64,000 nucleotides of DNA. It comes from Ignisphaera sp. (lineage in GTDB: Archaea; Thermoproteota; Thermoprotei_A; Sulfolobales; Ignisphaeraceae). The DNA lies in contig JAWAHS010000002.1 in NCBI GenBank assembly GCA_038889075.1, positions 76,930 to 140,929 on the forward strand, read 5' to 3'. The translations under genes and the position numbers were made by a program. Shown here piece after piece: positions 50,258 through 61,102 of this stretch. The stretch's first letter is position 1. Every line of letters starts with the position of its first letter. The notes under the pieces were generated by a model, which was given only the letters and a program-made list of their open reading frames with translations, was not told the DNA's origin and made no database searches.

Positions 50258-51339
50258 GTATTGAGAATAGAAAGAGTGAACACATAGAGCATGCAGTGAA
50301 CCAGATATCACAAGGACCTTTGACAACACTTTTAGAGAATGTGATAATAGTCCACCAGGCTTTTACAGAACTTTCAATGGATGAGATAGATCTATCTACG
50401 GAATTTCTCGGGTACAAACTACAAGCTCCAGTACTAATCTCAGGTATGACTGGGGGATTTGATGGAGCATTTAACATAAATAAAAAGTTGGCTGAATTAG
50501 CAGAGGAATACAGATTGGCAATAGGTGTTGGTAGCCAGAGGGCGATGATCTTAAAACCTGAGCTTAGCTATACCTATAGAGTGGTAAGAGATGTAGCACA
50601 TAGTGTGCCAGTTATAGCGAACATAGGTATAGCACAGCTTTCTACAATTAACTATGAATCAATAGAATGGATTGTAGAATCGTTGGAAGCAGACGCTCTC
50701 GCAATACACTTGAACATGCTTCAAGAACTCATTCAGTGTGAGGGGGATAGGAGCTTCAAGGGGGCTATTAAATCGCTTGAGAAAATTATTGAGAAAATTG
50801 ATGTTCCGATAATAATTAAGGAAGTCGGCAATGGACTGTCTCGCGAAGTAGCTAGCAAATTCTATAACTTAGGAATAAGAATATTCGATGTTGCAGGAGC
50901 TGGTGGAACTAACTGGGTTACGATAGAAATGTTAAGGATGGAGGGAAAACACAGTAAGATAGGAGAGGCATTTAGGACATGGGGGATACCTACAGCAGCA
51001 TCGATAGTAGAGGCGTCATCTATAGGATCTGATGTTATAGTTATTGCCAGCGGTGGTATAAGAACAGGTGTTGATATTGCTAAGGCAATATCACTAGGTG
51101 CGGAGCTTGTGGGTATTGCACAACCATTTCTTAGGGCAGTATTATCGGGTAGAGAAAAAGAATACACAGATACATTGCTTAAACAGTTGAGAATAGCAAT
51201 GATGTTGGCTGGTTGCAGAAATATTATGGAGCTTAAGAATATACACATAGTTGTACACGGTCTTCTAGCTCAATGGTTATGTGCGCGAAAACTTAAAATA
51301 AGAAATAACAACTCCTATATACCATGCTTCATTAACTAA
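50254..51339 (+). CDS. fni: type 2 isopentenyl-diphosphate isomerase (FMN-dependent)
   Basis: RKSEHI, MTGG, GSQR, HLN..QE, KEVG, GAGGT, WGIPT. Confidence 0.96.
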   Translation: MSIENRKSEHIEHAVNQISQGPLTTLLENVIIVHQAFTELSMDEIDLSTEFLGYKLQAPVLISGMTGGFDGAFNINKKLAELAEEYRLAIGVGSQRAMILKPELSYTYRVVRDVAHSVPVIANIGIAQLSTINYESIEWIVESLEADALAIHLNMLQELIQCEGDRSFKGAIKSLEKIIEKIDVPIIIKEVGNGLSREVASKFYNLGIRIFDVAGAGGTNWVTIEMLRMEGKHSKIGEAFRTWGIPTAASIVEASSIGSDVIVIASGGIRTGVDIAKAISLGAELVGIAQPFLRAVLSGREKEYTDTLLKQLRIAMMLAGCRNIMELKNIHIVVHGLLAQWLCARKLKIRNNNSYIPCFIN

Positions 51340-51353
51340 TAAGGTGCAGTGTA

Positions 51354-52349
51354 ATGAAGTTTTTATCATATGCTACTGAAATATCTAAGAAGGTCGAAAG
51401 GTTTATATATGAAATAATAGAAGGAGAACCCAAGATCCTATACGAATCAGCACTTCATTATATAAAAGCTGGTGGGAAGAGAGTAAGACCCCTCATAACA
51501 GTACTATCTGCTAGACTCTGCGGTGGATCTGAAGATATAGCAATACCTGGAGCCGCCGCAGTAGAGGTTCTTCACACATTTACATTAGTTCATGATGATA
51601 TCATAGATAGAGATGAGTTTAGAAGAGGGGTTCCTACAGTTCATAAAATATGGGGTAGCGATATGGCCATAATTTCAGGAGATCTGCTATTTGCATATGC
51701 ATATAGGTGTCTAATTAAATCACTAAGCTATGGAATACCAAGTGATAGAGTTGTTAGGGCAGTGGATATACTTACTGATGCAACTATTACTGTAGCAGAG
51801 GGTCAAGCACTTGATATGCTACTGCCAACATTTAATGGAGTAGACGTCCATAGCTATATTGAGATGGTTAGAAAGAAGACAGCAGCTCTTTTTGCATCTT
51901 CAGCAGCTATAGGGGCTGTATTGGCTGGAGGGAATACGGAGATTATTGAAAAACTTAGAGAAGCTATGATTAATGCTGGCATAGCGTTCCAAATTAGGGA
52001 TGATGTCCTAGGCCTGCTAGGTGATGAAAAGGTATTGGGAAAACCTGTTTATAGTGATATTAGAGAGGGTAAGATGACCATACTCGTAATCTATACTCTA
52101 AATAATGCTGATGAGAATAAGAGAAGGAGGCTGAAAAGCATTTTAGGTAATAGAAATGCAAATTTACAGGAATTAAGTGAAGCTGCAGAAATAATAAAAT
52201 CAAGTGGAGCTATAGAGTATGCTGAAGATTTAGCTGAACATTATGCTATCAAAGCTATTAATATAAGCAGAAGTATTGAATCAAAAGATGACGAGGCCTT
52301 AAATATGTTTAGGGAAGTCGTAGAATTTATGGTGAAGAGAAATTACTAA
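51354..52349 (+). CDS. gds: geranylgeranyl diphosphate synthase
   Basis: GGKRVRP, HDDIID...RRG, GQALD, KTA, FQIRDD. Confidence 0.93.
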   Translation: MKFLSYATEISKKVERFIYEIIEGEPKILYESALHYIKAGGKRVRPLITVLSARLCGGSEDIAIPGAAAVEVLHTFTLVHDDIIDRDEFRRGVPTVHKIWGSDMAIISGDLLFAYAYRCLIKSLSYGIPSDRVVRAVDILTDATITVAEGQALDMLLPTFNGVDVHSYIEMVRKKTAALFASSAAIGAVLAGGNTEIIEKLREAMINAGIAFQIRDDVLGLLGDEKVLGKPVYSDIREGKMTILVIYTLNNADENKRRRLKSILGNRNANLQELSEAAEIIKSSGAIEYAEDLAEHYAIKAINISRSIESKDDEALNMFREVVEFMVKRNY

Positions 52350-52425
52350 GCGTGAAGCAGCCGAGCAGAGAGAGCTACTCTCTAATTCTCCACTAGCCTT
52401 CATAAATCTAAAGGATCTAAAAAAA

Positions 52426-52944
52426 TTGAGATCTAGAATACAGAGAGAGTTGTCGGCAGTAGGTTCTGCTTCAGATACTCTAGATAAACTGTTGAATATG
52501 AGATCGAGAGTCTATGTGGATCTGGTGTCGGGCACTTTCTGTAGCCAAGCTATGGATAGTGGTAATGAAGAGTTTGTAGAAATAGTATACGAGAAGGTTC
52601 TTGGCTATATAATAGATATGGAATTGGGTAAGATAGTTACTGACACGGCCATATACTGTCCGAATAGGGATGTCCTCCTCTACATTAAAGCAGACAGCGA
52701 TGTGAAGATTATTGAAGCAAAGGGAAAGAGGATCTATCCTCTAGTCTCTGAAGGGGACAGAGTTAGCTTTGGTAACAAGCTATTTTACATAGTTACAGGT
52801 AAGAATGAGGTACGCGTTATTAAATCAGATGTAAGGGGTGTTGTAGTGTTTATAGGCGAAGTTTTTTCTAATGGTATTCAGCAAGAGGTTATGACTATAA
52901 TTGAGGAAGGTGAGGTGCGTGAGTTTACTAGGTGCCGATATTAA
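52426..52944 (+). CDS. DUF2118-like protein (biotinyl/lipoyl-like hairpin)
   Basis: VSEGDRV...YIVTGKNEVR...SDVRGVVVFI pattern; position between gds and gltX. Confidence 0.72.
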   Translation: MRSRIQRELSAVGSASDTLDKLLNMRSRVYVDLVSGTFCSQAMDSGNEEFVEIVYEKVLGYIIDMELGKIVTDTAIYCPNRDVLLYIKADSDVKIIEAKGKRIYPLVSEGDRVSFGNKLFYIVTGKNEVRVIKSDVRGVVVFIGEVFSNGIQQEVMTIIEEGEVREFTRCRY

Positions 52945-54673
52945 GGAAGAGGTAAAGAAAGTAGCATTAAGATACGCTCTTCAGAACAAGTTAAAGCATG
53001 GACAGGCAGCAATAGGACCTGTACTCAATAAGGTAATCGGACATTTTAAAGAACACAAGTCAGCGATTAAAGAAATAGGTGAAATAGTTAAGGATGTAGT
53101 AGATTACGTAAATACTCTAAGTATTGAAGAGGCTATGAAAAAAATTGAAGAGTATGGCATTAGTGAAAGTAAAAAGGAGGAAACGAGAGGAACGCTACCT
53201 CCTCTACCAAATGTTGATGTATGGAAAGTCATTGTAACTAGGTTTGCTCCAAATCCAGACTTTGTGATACATCTTGGTAATGCAAGAGCAGCACTACTCA
53301 GCTACGAATATGCAAGGCTGTATAATGGTAGGTTTATACTAAGATTTGAAGATACGGATCCTAGAATCAAGAGACCATTACCAGAGGCTTATGAACTTAT
53401 TAGGGAGGACCTTAGGTGGCTTGGGATTAAATGGGATGAAGAGTACATACAGAGTTTAAGAATGGAACTATACTACAGCATAGCGAAAAAACTTCTCGAG
53501 ATGGGAGCAGCATATGTAGATCTATGTAATTCTGATACATTTAAAAATTATAGAAATCTTGGAAAAGCCTGTCCACATAGAGATGAAGATCCAACCATCC
53601 ATTTGGAAAGATTTGAGAAGATATTAATGGGTGAATATAGTGAAGGAGAAGCTGTAGTAAGAATAAAAACGGATCTAAATCATCCAGATCCAGCTATTAG
53701 AGACTGGGTAATGTTTAGAATTGTAGATACAGTAAAGTACCCCCATCCAATTACAGGAGATAGATATAGGCTTTGGCCAACATACAATTTCGCTGCTGCA
53801 GTAGATGACCATTTCATGAATATAAGTCATATATTTAGAGGTAGGGAACATACACTAAATACCCTAAAGCAACTATATCTATACAAGTACATGGGCTGGC
53901 GCTATCCAGAGGTTGTAAATTTTGGACGCGTAGGAATTGAGGGATTCATACTGAGTAAAAGCTGGGTAAAAACTCAACTTAAGAACAATCCAGAGAAATT
54001 TATGGGATTCGATGATATAAGGTTTGCAACACTTTCAGCTCTTAGAAGAAGAGGCATAGCATCAGAAACAATAAAACAGATAATGATGGAACTTGGCATA
54101 AGAGGTGTCGATGCAAAAATTAGTTGGGTTAACATCTCAGCGTTAAATAGGAAGATACTAGATCCAAAATCGAAAAGAATATTCATAGTTTGCAATCCAA
54201 TCAAAATCCTACTAAAAGGATTAGAGGTTCCATTGAAGGTTACAATACCGTTCCACCCAGCTAGCAATCTCGGAGTGAGAACAATTATACTACGTAAGCC
54301 CGAGGTCTACATTTCAAATGACGATTTGCAGAATCTGATGAAAACTGGCTATATTAGATTGATGGAGTTTGCAAATATTCGCTATCTAAATACTATCAAT
54401 GGTAATACAATAGAGGCTGAATATATTGGTAGAAGTTTGGAAGACGCAAAGAAACTAGGTTTACAGATTGTGCAGTGGGTACCGGTAGAGGATAACATCA
54501 GAGTTACGGTCTATAAAACATGTAATAGCAAGTTGAAAAGGATTGCATGTCTAGGCGAAAAGTCGTTACTCGAACTTCGTGTAGATGAAGTAATCCAGAT
54601 GGTCAGGTTAGGTTTTGGTAGAATTGATAGTATTAAAAGGAATGGTGTTTCGATAATTTACGCACATGAATGA
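52901..54673 (+). CDS. gltX: glutamate--tRNA ligase (archaeal type)
   Basis: RFAPNP, HLGN, RFEDTDP, LSKS, QMVRLGF; likely start GTG 52919. Confidence 0.96.
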   Translation: MRKVRCVSLLGADIKEEVKKVALRYALQNKLKHGQAAIGPVLNKVIGHFKEHKSAIKEIGEIVKDVVDYVNTLSIEEAMKKIEEYGISESKKEETRGTLPPLPNVDVWKVIVTRFAPNPDFVIHLGNARAALLSYEYARLYNGRFILRFEDTDPRIKRPLPEAYELIREDLRWLGIKWDEEYIQSLRMELYYSIAKKLLEMGAAYVDLCNSDTFKNYRNLGKACPHRDEDPTIHLERFEKILMGEYSEGEAVVRIKTDLNHPDPAIRDWVMFRIVDTVKYPHPITGDRYRLWPTYNFAAAVDDHFMNISHIFRGREHTLNTLKQLYLYKYMGWRYPEVVNFGRVGIEGFILSKSWVKTQLKNNPEKFMGFDDIRFATLSALRRRGIASETIKQIMMELGIRGVDAKISWVNISALNRKILDPKSKRIFIVCNPIKILLKGLEVPLKVTIPFHPASNLGVRTIILRKPEVYISNDDLQNLMKTGYIRLMEFANIRYLNTINGNTIEAEYIGRSLEDAKKLGLQIVQWVPVEDNIRVTVYKTCNSKLKRIACLGEKSLLELRVDEVIQMVRLGFGRIDSIKRNGVSIIYAHE

Positions 54674-54736
54674 CATTTTTCAAAATACCTTAAATACCAG
54701 TGCAAAAGCTTAGAACAGTGACAATCTAAAGAAAAG

Positions 54737-55126
54737 GTGATGGAAATGTCAAAACCATTTTATGTAAAGTTCGAGGTGCCCTCAGAGATATCTGAAAAAG
54801 CATACCAAGCATTAAAAAAGGCGAGGGAAACCGGTGGGAAAATAAGGAAAGGCACCAATGAGGTTACAAAGGGGGTTGAGAGAGGATTATGTAAAATAGT
54901 ATTTATCGCAGAGGATGTGGATCCACCAGAAGTCGTGGCACACCTACCACTACTATGTGAAGAGAAAAAGGTACCATATCTGTACGTACCAAGTAAAAAG
55001 AGATTAGGAGAAGCTGCAGGGATAGAGGTTGCAGCAGCTTCTGCATGTATTGTTGAACCAGGAGAGGCTAAAGCCGATGTAGATGAACTTACATCTAGAT
55101 TCCAAGAGCTTAGAGCAAAAGCGTGA
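54737..55126 (+). CDS. rpl7ae: 50S ribosomal protein L7Ae (K-turn binding protein)
   Basis: [33 protein letters not shown]. Confidence 0.98.
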   Translation: MMEMSKPFYVKFEVPSEISEKAYQALKKARETGGKIRKGTNEVTKGVERGLCKIVFIAEDVDPPEVVAHLPLLCEEKKVPYLYVPSKKRLGEAAGIEVAAASACIVEPGEAKADVDELTSRFQELRAKA

Positions 55127-55164
55127 ATAAGATAATACTAGAAAGAATAAGATAATACTAGAAA
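55125..55164. repeat. perfect 20-bp tandem duplication
   Basis: GAATAAGATAATACTAGAAA x2. Confidence 0.92.
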
Positions 55165-55293
55165 GTTAGCATATCACAGTTCAAAGAGTTTTTAATCTGT
55201 TAAATATAATCCATCACTATTCAATCCTAATTACTTTATATTTTACTAGTCATACATCTACTCTTAGCTCCTATATTGTCTCTTCTGTATTGT

Positions 55294-55563
55294 CTACCTT
55301 CTCACACTTAACTTTCTGGCTTCCCGCTCTGTTTCCCTAAGAATGATGATATCGCCTACTCTTACAGGACCTCTAACATTTCTGGTTAGAATACGGCCCT
55401 TATCTCTACCTTCAAGTATTCTAACTCTAACTTGTGTAACCTCACCAGTTACACCAGTTCTTCCAATTATTTGGACAACTTCTGCTGGAAACCCTATTTT
55501 CTCTACAACATTTATTTCGTATTCCTTGCCTTTCTCTTCTACTACAGTATTTGACATCAGCAC
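55294..55563 (-). CDS. rps28e: 30S ribosomal protein S28e
   Basis: [31 protein letters not shown]. Confidence 0.97.
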   Translation of the reverse strand: MLMSNTVVEEKGKEYEINVVEKIGFPAEVVQIIGRTGVTGEVTQVRVRILEGRDKGRILTRNVRGPVRVGDIIILRETEREARKLSVRR

Positions 55564-55597
55564 TGCACCCTATATCTCTGATTTTTTCGAAAGAAAG

Positions 55598-55609
55598 AGC
55601 TTATAAGCT
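55598..55609. promoter_or_regulatory. palindromic TATA box, candidate bidirectional promoter for rps28e and rpl24e
   Basis: perfect palindrome AGCTTATAAGCT roughly midway between the divergent starts. Confidence 0.55.
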
Positions 55610-55650
55610 TTAGCATGAAGTCTTATCTATATAAGCAGGTGAAATTTGTC

Positions 55651-55833
55651 ATGGTCTCTAAACACATATGCAGCTATTGTGGAAACACTATAGAGCCTGG
55701 AAATGGCTTGATGTTTGTAAGAAATAATGGTACAATAATCTGGTTTTGTTCGAGTAAATGTTTTAAGAACTTCAAACTTGGAAGAGATCCAAAGAAATTG
55801 CCTTGGACAAAACTATATAGCGGAAGAGGATAG
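55651..55833 (+). CDS. rpl24e: 50S ribosomal protein L24e
   Basis: CSYCGNTIEPGNG, FCSSKC, RDPKKLPWT; AGGTGA SD. Confidence 0.97.
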   Translation: MVSKHICSYCGNTIEPGNGLMFVRNNGTIIWFCSSKCFKNFKLGRDPKKLPWTKLYSGRG

Positions 55834-56102
55834 CATCATCTCATGCTACTTCTCTACCTATTTTTGTAGAGACTATTGTATTGGTAGATTTATTGGCTTC
55901 TAGCAGATTATGTAGCTCGGTAAGCCTAATATAATATAGTATCTACTTAATACACTCCTTTCTTTATCATAATAGTTAATGTGGAAATTTCAATATTTTT
56001 AGATGCATTGTAATTCCATTATGTATTCAATATTTTTAGAACAGTAGTGAGTATTTATGGGTATTTCGAAATTAAAATTGTGAAGCGAAAACTTGAAACC
56101 AA

Positions 56103-57914
56103 TTATATCTGCGTTAAAAAGATGGTATATCCAATATCTATGGCCGACTTTATTTTGATTATCTCTCTTAACACATCTACGGCATCAGGCGAGAGCATGT
56201 CCTTAAATTTCGACAGTAATAACTTGATATGATCTAGAGGTATATCAGTATATAGAAGATCATTTTCCTTTATATGACGTCCTACCATTACATTCCCTTT
56301 AATTGATATAGCGACCTCTTGACCAGCCTTAGCATCCTTTATAGATTTCCCCATGTGTTGTATCTGCTGGATTTCTCCAACATATTTACCGTCCATCTTC
56401 ATTAATGGTACACCAGATCTTATCATACCACCCACAACCTCTACACCTACAATTGCAGGATCGCTACGCCGAAATATATAGCCAGGTAAAATCCTTATCT
56501 TTCCAGGAGGTATTATTTTCTCAAACTCTTTTTGAAGTTCTCCAGACTTTTCTTTTTCTAACCATTCAATGTATTCTTCGATAAGTCTATATATTATATT
56601 GCTTCTAAACACGGGTACACCTTCTTTTTGAGCTAGTTCTTCGGCTTCCTGAATTGCCTTGACGTTGAATAGTAGTATTACACCTAGATATCTATCAATT
56701 TTTGCAACAATACTAGCTTCTATAACATCCCGTTTTGTAAGGGGGCCTACGTCAGCTATTCTTACCGGCACTGATTTCTTATTCAATGCATTTACAATAG
56801 CTTCCAATGTTCCAAGCGTATCAGCTTTAACTATCACACCATTTATTTCCCGTCTAAATCTTATAGTCTCAATTTCTTCGAGTAGTTTATTTCTGTACTC
56901 CTCTGCACGTTCTTCAGATGGAATAACATATAGTGGAGAGCCGGCCAAAGTCTCTTCAATATCAGGTGCTATTATTCTCACACCTGCAGCAGCTACAACT
57001 TCTTCGATGGGTCTAAGCTCTGTTTTTGCCACCCGAATATCAGTTAATGGTTTAGGTACCAGTATGGCCCTAACTCTTGTAAATATAGGGCCATTAATGC
57101 CCGCGACAATTATAGGATCATGCTGTTTTAGAATACCATCATATATTATGACATCTAGTGCAGTTCCATATCCAGGTTGCTCCTTAACCTCTAGAACAAC
57201 CCCTCTAGCAGGACCTTCAGTATACATAATTTTTTCGCTCATATATCTCTGTGTAATGCCGGCCACCACGGCTAGTAATTCAGGTATACCCTCTCCAGTC
57301 TTAGCTGATAAGGGGATTATAGGGACAGTCTTGGTAAAATCACGCACACGATCAAATAAGTCAGAATTTATTCCATAATTTGATAACTGAGCTATTAATT
57401 TGTATATCTCCATTTCAACTTTTTTAACTATTTGAGGACTCTGATTTTTTAAACTAAATATTATCGGTTTGTCTTGATACGGCTTCCAGCCAGCTATCTT
57501 GTCTATTTTATTCGCAGCTACTACAAAGGGTACACCACGGGATTTTAGTATTTCTATGCATTCGATTGTCTGAGGCATAACACCCTCATTTATATCGATG
57601 ACCAGAATGGCTATATCAGCTACACTTCCACCTCTTCTTCTAAGGTTTGAGAATAATTCGTGGCCGGGGGTATCTATAAATAACAATCCTGGGATTTCAA
57701 GTTTAAATGGTATTACTTTTTTCAATGGTTCTGCAATTCTTTCAATAACAGAAGCTGGAACGAGACTTGCACCTACATGTTGCGTCATCTCCCCTGCCTC
57801 CTTCCGTACAACAGCTGTACCCCTTATTTTATCTAATAGTGTGGTCTTTCCATGGTCAACATGCCCAAGGACCACGACTATAGGTTGGCGGAGTCGCTTT
57901 TGCCGTTGAACCAT
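56103..57914 (-). CDS. infB: translation initiation factor IF-2 (aIF5B)
   Basis: GHVDHGKT, DTPGHE, NKID, KADTLGTLEA; 603 aa with no intein-sized insertion. Confidence 0.97.
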   Translation of the reverse strand: MVQRQKRLRQPIVVVLGHVDHGKTTLLDKIRGTAVVRKEAGEMTQHVGASLVPASVIERIAEPLKKVIPFKLEIPGLLFIDTPGHELFSNLRRRGGSVADIAILVIDINEGVMPQTIECIEILKSRGVPFVVAANKIDKIAGWKPYQDKPIIFSLKNQSPQIVKKVEMEIYKLIAQLSNYGINSDLFDRVRDFTKTVPIIPLSAKTGEGIPELLAVVAGITQRYMSEKIMYTEGPARGVVLEVKEQPGYGTALDVIIYDGILKQHDPIIVAGINGPIFTRVRAILVPKPLTDIRVAKTELRPIEEVVAAAGVRIIAPDIEETLAGSPLYVIPSEERAEEYRNKLLEEIETIRFRREINGVIVKADTLGTLEAIVNALNKKSVPVRIADVGPLTKRDVIEASIVAKIDRYLGVILLFNVKAIQEAEELAQKEGVPVFRSNIIYRLIEEYIEWLEKEKSGELQKEFEKIIPPGKIRILPGYIFRRSDPAIVGVEVVGGMIRSGVPLMKMDGKYVGEIQQIQHMGKSIKDAKAGQEVAISIKGNVMVGRHIKENDLLYTDIPLDHIKLLLSKFKDMLSPDAVDVLREIIKIKSAIDIGYTIFLTQI

Positions 57915-58050
57915 TCCTAGCCTACCTCATTTAATTAATTAAGTTATTAAAGTAGCATAGATGTGGATACTACAATATATAGTCTCAAAACAGCTTTTTA
58001 GGTTTACACGTTAGAAATAAAACCTACAGTCTAGGGGTGTACTAGCAAAG

Positions 58051-58695
58051 ATGCCTGAGTTTAAGTTAGTGATCTCTGATCCTAGAGTTAAGAATCTGCG
58101 GATAGTACCAGTAAAGGTAGTAGGCTCTGAATCGCTGGAGTATACTGATGTACATAAGGAACAAAGAGAGTTGGCAAGAGTAAAACTTAATCCTGCTCTC
58201 ATAAAATTGCTGAATCCCGAACTAGGTGTTGTAATAGTAAGGATATGGAAGAATAGAGCTAGCAGGGAGAAGGTTAATTTAACAGCTAGAGTAGTTGAGG
58301 ATGCTTCAGTTGATACACAAACTGCTATGGTGCCCATGGCATTCATGAGAGAAAGATTAGGAGCTTCTGAAGCAATAGGGGAAGTTTTTAGAGCACCTGC
58401 ATTTCAGATAAGAATAGCAGGATCAACATATCAGAGTCTGATTGGTCTAAAGATAGGTGAAAGAATTGATGGCAGAATCGTGGGTTTACCCAATATTAGG
58501 CTTGAGATTCGAGGGGGATCCGATCTAGCAGGCTTTCCTATGAGGGTGGATGTAGCTGGACCTGTTAAAAAATACGTTTTACTTTCACAGGGACCAGGCT
58601 TTAGACCTAAAGAGGATGGAGAAAAAAGGAGGAAACTCATAAGAGGCAATACGATATCTGAAGACATAGTACAGATAAATACTGTAATTGTATAA
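58051..58695 (+). CDS. rps6e: 30S ribosomal protein S6e (long crenarchaeal form)
   Basis: FKLVISDP, IRGGSDLAGFPM, RRKLIRGN, IVQIN. Confidence 0.96.
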   Translation: MPEFKLVISDPRVKNLRIVPVKVVGSESLEYTDVHKEQRELARVKLNPALIKLLNPELGVVIVRIWKNRASREKVNLTARVVEDASVDTQTAMVPMAFMRERLGASEAIGEVFRAPAFQIRIAGSTYQSLIGLKIGERIDGRIVGLPNIRLEIRGGSDLAGFPMRVDVAGPVKKYVLLSQGPGFRPKEDGEKRRKLIRGNTISEDIVQINTVIV

Positions 58696-58747
58696 ATTGT
58701 AAAGATATTTTTGCTATACTAAATAGTATTTATATATCGATAATACG

Positions 58748-59983
58748 GTGCGCAAGTTTATGAGCATGATTCCATCAATGAGTATAGGCGTTGTAGGGCA
58801 CGTTGATCATGGTAAAACCACACTTGTACAAGCATTAACTGGTATTTGGACAGCTAGATACTCGGAAGAGTTGAAAAGATCCATGACTATAAAGCTAGGT
58901 TATGCTGAAGGATACATAGGCGTGTGTGAAGGTCTCGAAATACCAGAGGCCTATAATACAAGTGGGGTCTGTCCACAGGGTTCAAAGCTAAAAGTAATTA
59001 AATCGGTATCGTACGTTGATGCTCCAGGCCACGAGGTTCTAATGGCTACAATGTTATCAGGGGCTGCATTGATGGATGCAGCTATACTTGTTATTGCAGC
59101 CAATGAACCATGCCCGCAGCCTCAAACCCGGGAGCACCTCAAGTCATTGGAGATTATAGGTCTAGATCAGCTTATTGTTGTTCAAAATAAGATAGATATT
59201 GTTAGTTATGAGCAGGCTAAGGAGAACTATAGGCAGATAGTAGACTTTCTCGGTACTACAAGGTATTCTAAAGCACCCATAATACCTGTGAGCGCTCTTC
59301 ATAAAGTTAATATAGATGTTCTCGCCATGGGTATGGCTAAAATGTTTAGAGAGCCTGAACGGGACTATAGTAAACCTGCTATGATGTTAATTGCAAGAAG
59401 TTTTGATGTTAACTTACCAGGTACAAAGCCTGATAAACTTGTAGGTGGTGTAGTCGGTGGTAGTATACTGAAGGGGGTGCTGAGGATTGGAGACGAGGTT
59501 GAGATAAAACCTGGTATAAGAATTGAATTAAAGGGAGGTAGGGTGAAGTACGAACCTTTGGTAACAAGAGTTTCAAGCATTAGGTATGGAAATATTAATG
59601 TAGATGAAGCAAAGCCAGGTGGTCTAGTAGCAATAGGAACACTACTCGATCCTTCTATAACTAAAGGTGATTCACTTATGGGTAACGTTCTAGGTCACAG
59701 TGTTCCTGATCCAGTATCTGACATTAGAGTGGAGTATAATTTATTTGAACGTGTATTAGGTAGTAGGACTCAGGAGGTAATAGAACCACTAAAGGTACGT
59801 GAAACAATATTTTTGATAATTAAAACAGCCTGGGCACGTGGTGTATTAACTAGGGTAACGAGGGATGAATTTGAAATTAAGCTGGAGAAGCCTGTTGTAA
59901 CATTAGGAAAGGATAAGGTAGCTATAATTAGGCAGGTTCGAGGTAGATGGAGATTAGTAGGGTGGGGTCAAGTAAAAGGCTAG
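58748..59983 (+). CDS. eif2g: translation initiation factor aIF2 gamma subunit
   Basis: GHVDHGKT, MTIKLGY, DAPGHE, QNKID, RSFDVN, RWRLVGWG. Confidence 0.97.
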   Translation: MRKFMSMIPSMSIGVVGHVDHGKTTLVQALTGIWTARYSEELKRSMTIKLGYAEGYIGVCEGLEIPEAYNTSGVCPQGSKLKVIKSVSYVDAPGHEVLMATMLSGAALMDAAILVIAANEPCPQPQTREHLKSLEIIGLDQLIVVQNKIDIVSYEQAKENYRQIVDFLGTTRYSKAPIIPVSALHKVNIDVLAMGMAKMFREPERDYSKPAMMLIARSFDVNLPGTKPDKLVGGVVGGSILKGVLRIGDEVEIKPGIRIELKGGRVKYEPLVTRVSSIRYGNINVDEAKPGGLVAIGTLLDPSITKGDSLMGNVLGHSVPDPVSDIRVEYNLFERVLGSRTQEVIEPLKVRETIFLIIKTAWARGVLTRVTRDEFEIKLEKPVVTLGKDKVAIIRQVRGRWRLVGWGQVKG

Positions 59984-60402
59984 AGGAATTCAACTGTATA
60001 GCTATTGTGGATACCAGTGTAATACTCTTGATATCAGCAAGGGAGGCACACCTTGATGATATGATAGACTTGATACCTGGTTGCGCTGCGGTTGTGCTAA
60101 CGCCTGTTATAAGTGAACTACAATTAATAGCTAGAAAGGGGAATTCAGAGAAATCACATATAGCAAAATGGGCCTTGGAGAACCTCCTACGTTTATTAAA
60201 CGTTGTTGAGGTACCTGTAATGGAGCAGAGGAAGGTTGATGATCTGATAGTAGAATTTGCCGAAGAGATGAAAAAGGCAAAGAGGGTTCTAATTGTAACT
60301 GCTGATACGAAGTTGAAAAATGATGCAGTGCGAAGAGGCATTAATGTTCTATGGTATCGCAAGGAGAAAAAAGGATTTGAGATGTTAATAGATATAATAT
60401 AA
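59947..60402 (+). CDS. PIN-domain protein (Fcf1/Utp23-like)
   Basis: IVDTS, VISEL, VDDLI, VTADTKL; usual slot between eif2g and rpoE1. Confidence 0.85.
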   Translation: MEISRVGSSKRLEEFNCIAIVDTSVILLISAREAHLDDMIDLIPGCAAVVLTPVISELQLIARKGNSEKSHIAKWALENLLRLLNVVEVPVMEQRKVDDLIVEFAEEMKKAKRVLIVTADTKLKNDAVRRGINVLWYRKEKKGFEMLIDII

Positions 60403-60511
60403 AGTGTTCTGTAGATGTAGGCTTACTAACAGCTTCATTCAGTTATTTGTAGCTATATGTACGTTAAATATTTAAAAGCTTTATTTTACAGTAGTGCTCT
60501 AGGGTTTTTCA

Positions 60512-61051
60512 TTGTTTAGGATATATAGACTACGCGATATAGTGAGGATAGATCCATCGAAAATAGATAGACCATTAGAGGAGACAGCCTTTGATGAGAT
60601 TAGAAAAAAGTATGAGGGATTGAGGGACAGGAATTTAGGGATAGTAGTAGCGATAACAAATATAAAAGTTGATCCAATGGGAGTACTGCCGCTTGGTGAT
60701 GGTGCACCGCATTACAGAGTTGTATTTGATGCACTTACTTACATACCAGTAATTAATGAGGTAGTTGAGGGCCCTGTTGAAGTACTGGGGAGAATGGGAC
60801 TTACTGTTAGAGTGGGTCCTATAGAGGGATTCATTCATATATCGCAAGTGGCTGATGACGAAGTTTCCTATGATCCCGCTAGAAATATGGTTATATGTAA
60901 GAATAGCAAGAGATTTGTAATGCAGGGCGACATGGTTAGAGCTAGAATAACATCGATTTCGCTGGGTACACCTCAAAGATTACCCAGAGTCAGTATGACT
61001 ATGAGACAGCCATATTTAGGTAAAATTGAATGGCTGTCTAAATCTAAATAG
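60512..61051 (+). CDS. rpoE1: DNA-directed RNA polymerase subunit E' (Rpo7)
   Basis: GDGA, EVVEG, GFIHISQ, TMRQPYLGK. Confidence 0.96.
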   Translation: MFRIYRLRDIVRIDPSKIDRPLEETAFDEIRKKYEGLRDRNLGIVVAITNIKVDPMGVLPLGDGAPHYRVVFDALTYIPVINEVVEGPVEVLGRMGLTVRVGPIEGFIHISQVADDEVSYDPARNMVICKNSKRFVMQGDMVRARITSISLGTPQRLPRVSMTMRQPYLGKIEWLSKSK

Positions 61052-61102
61052 TTAAAAAGCGGTAATGGACGGTGAACTATATGGAGTTTTTAAATCCCTG
61101 TA

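Noticed and set aside
56659-57378. 239-aa ORF antisense to infB and similar antisense ORFs elsewhere
   Set aside because: Antisense shadows of well-supported genes, with no motifs
58051-58695. Unusually long Rps6e (214 aa)
   Set aside because: The long form is known in Crenarchaeota
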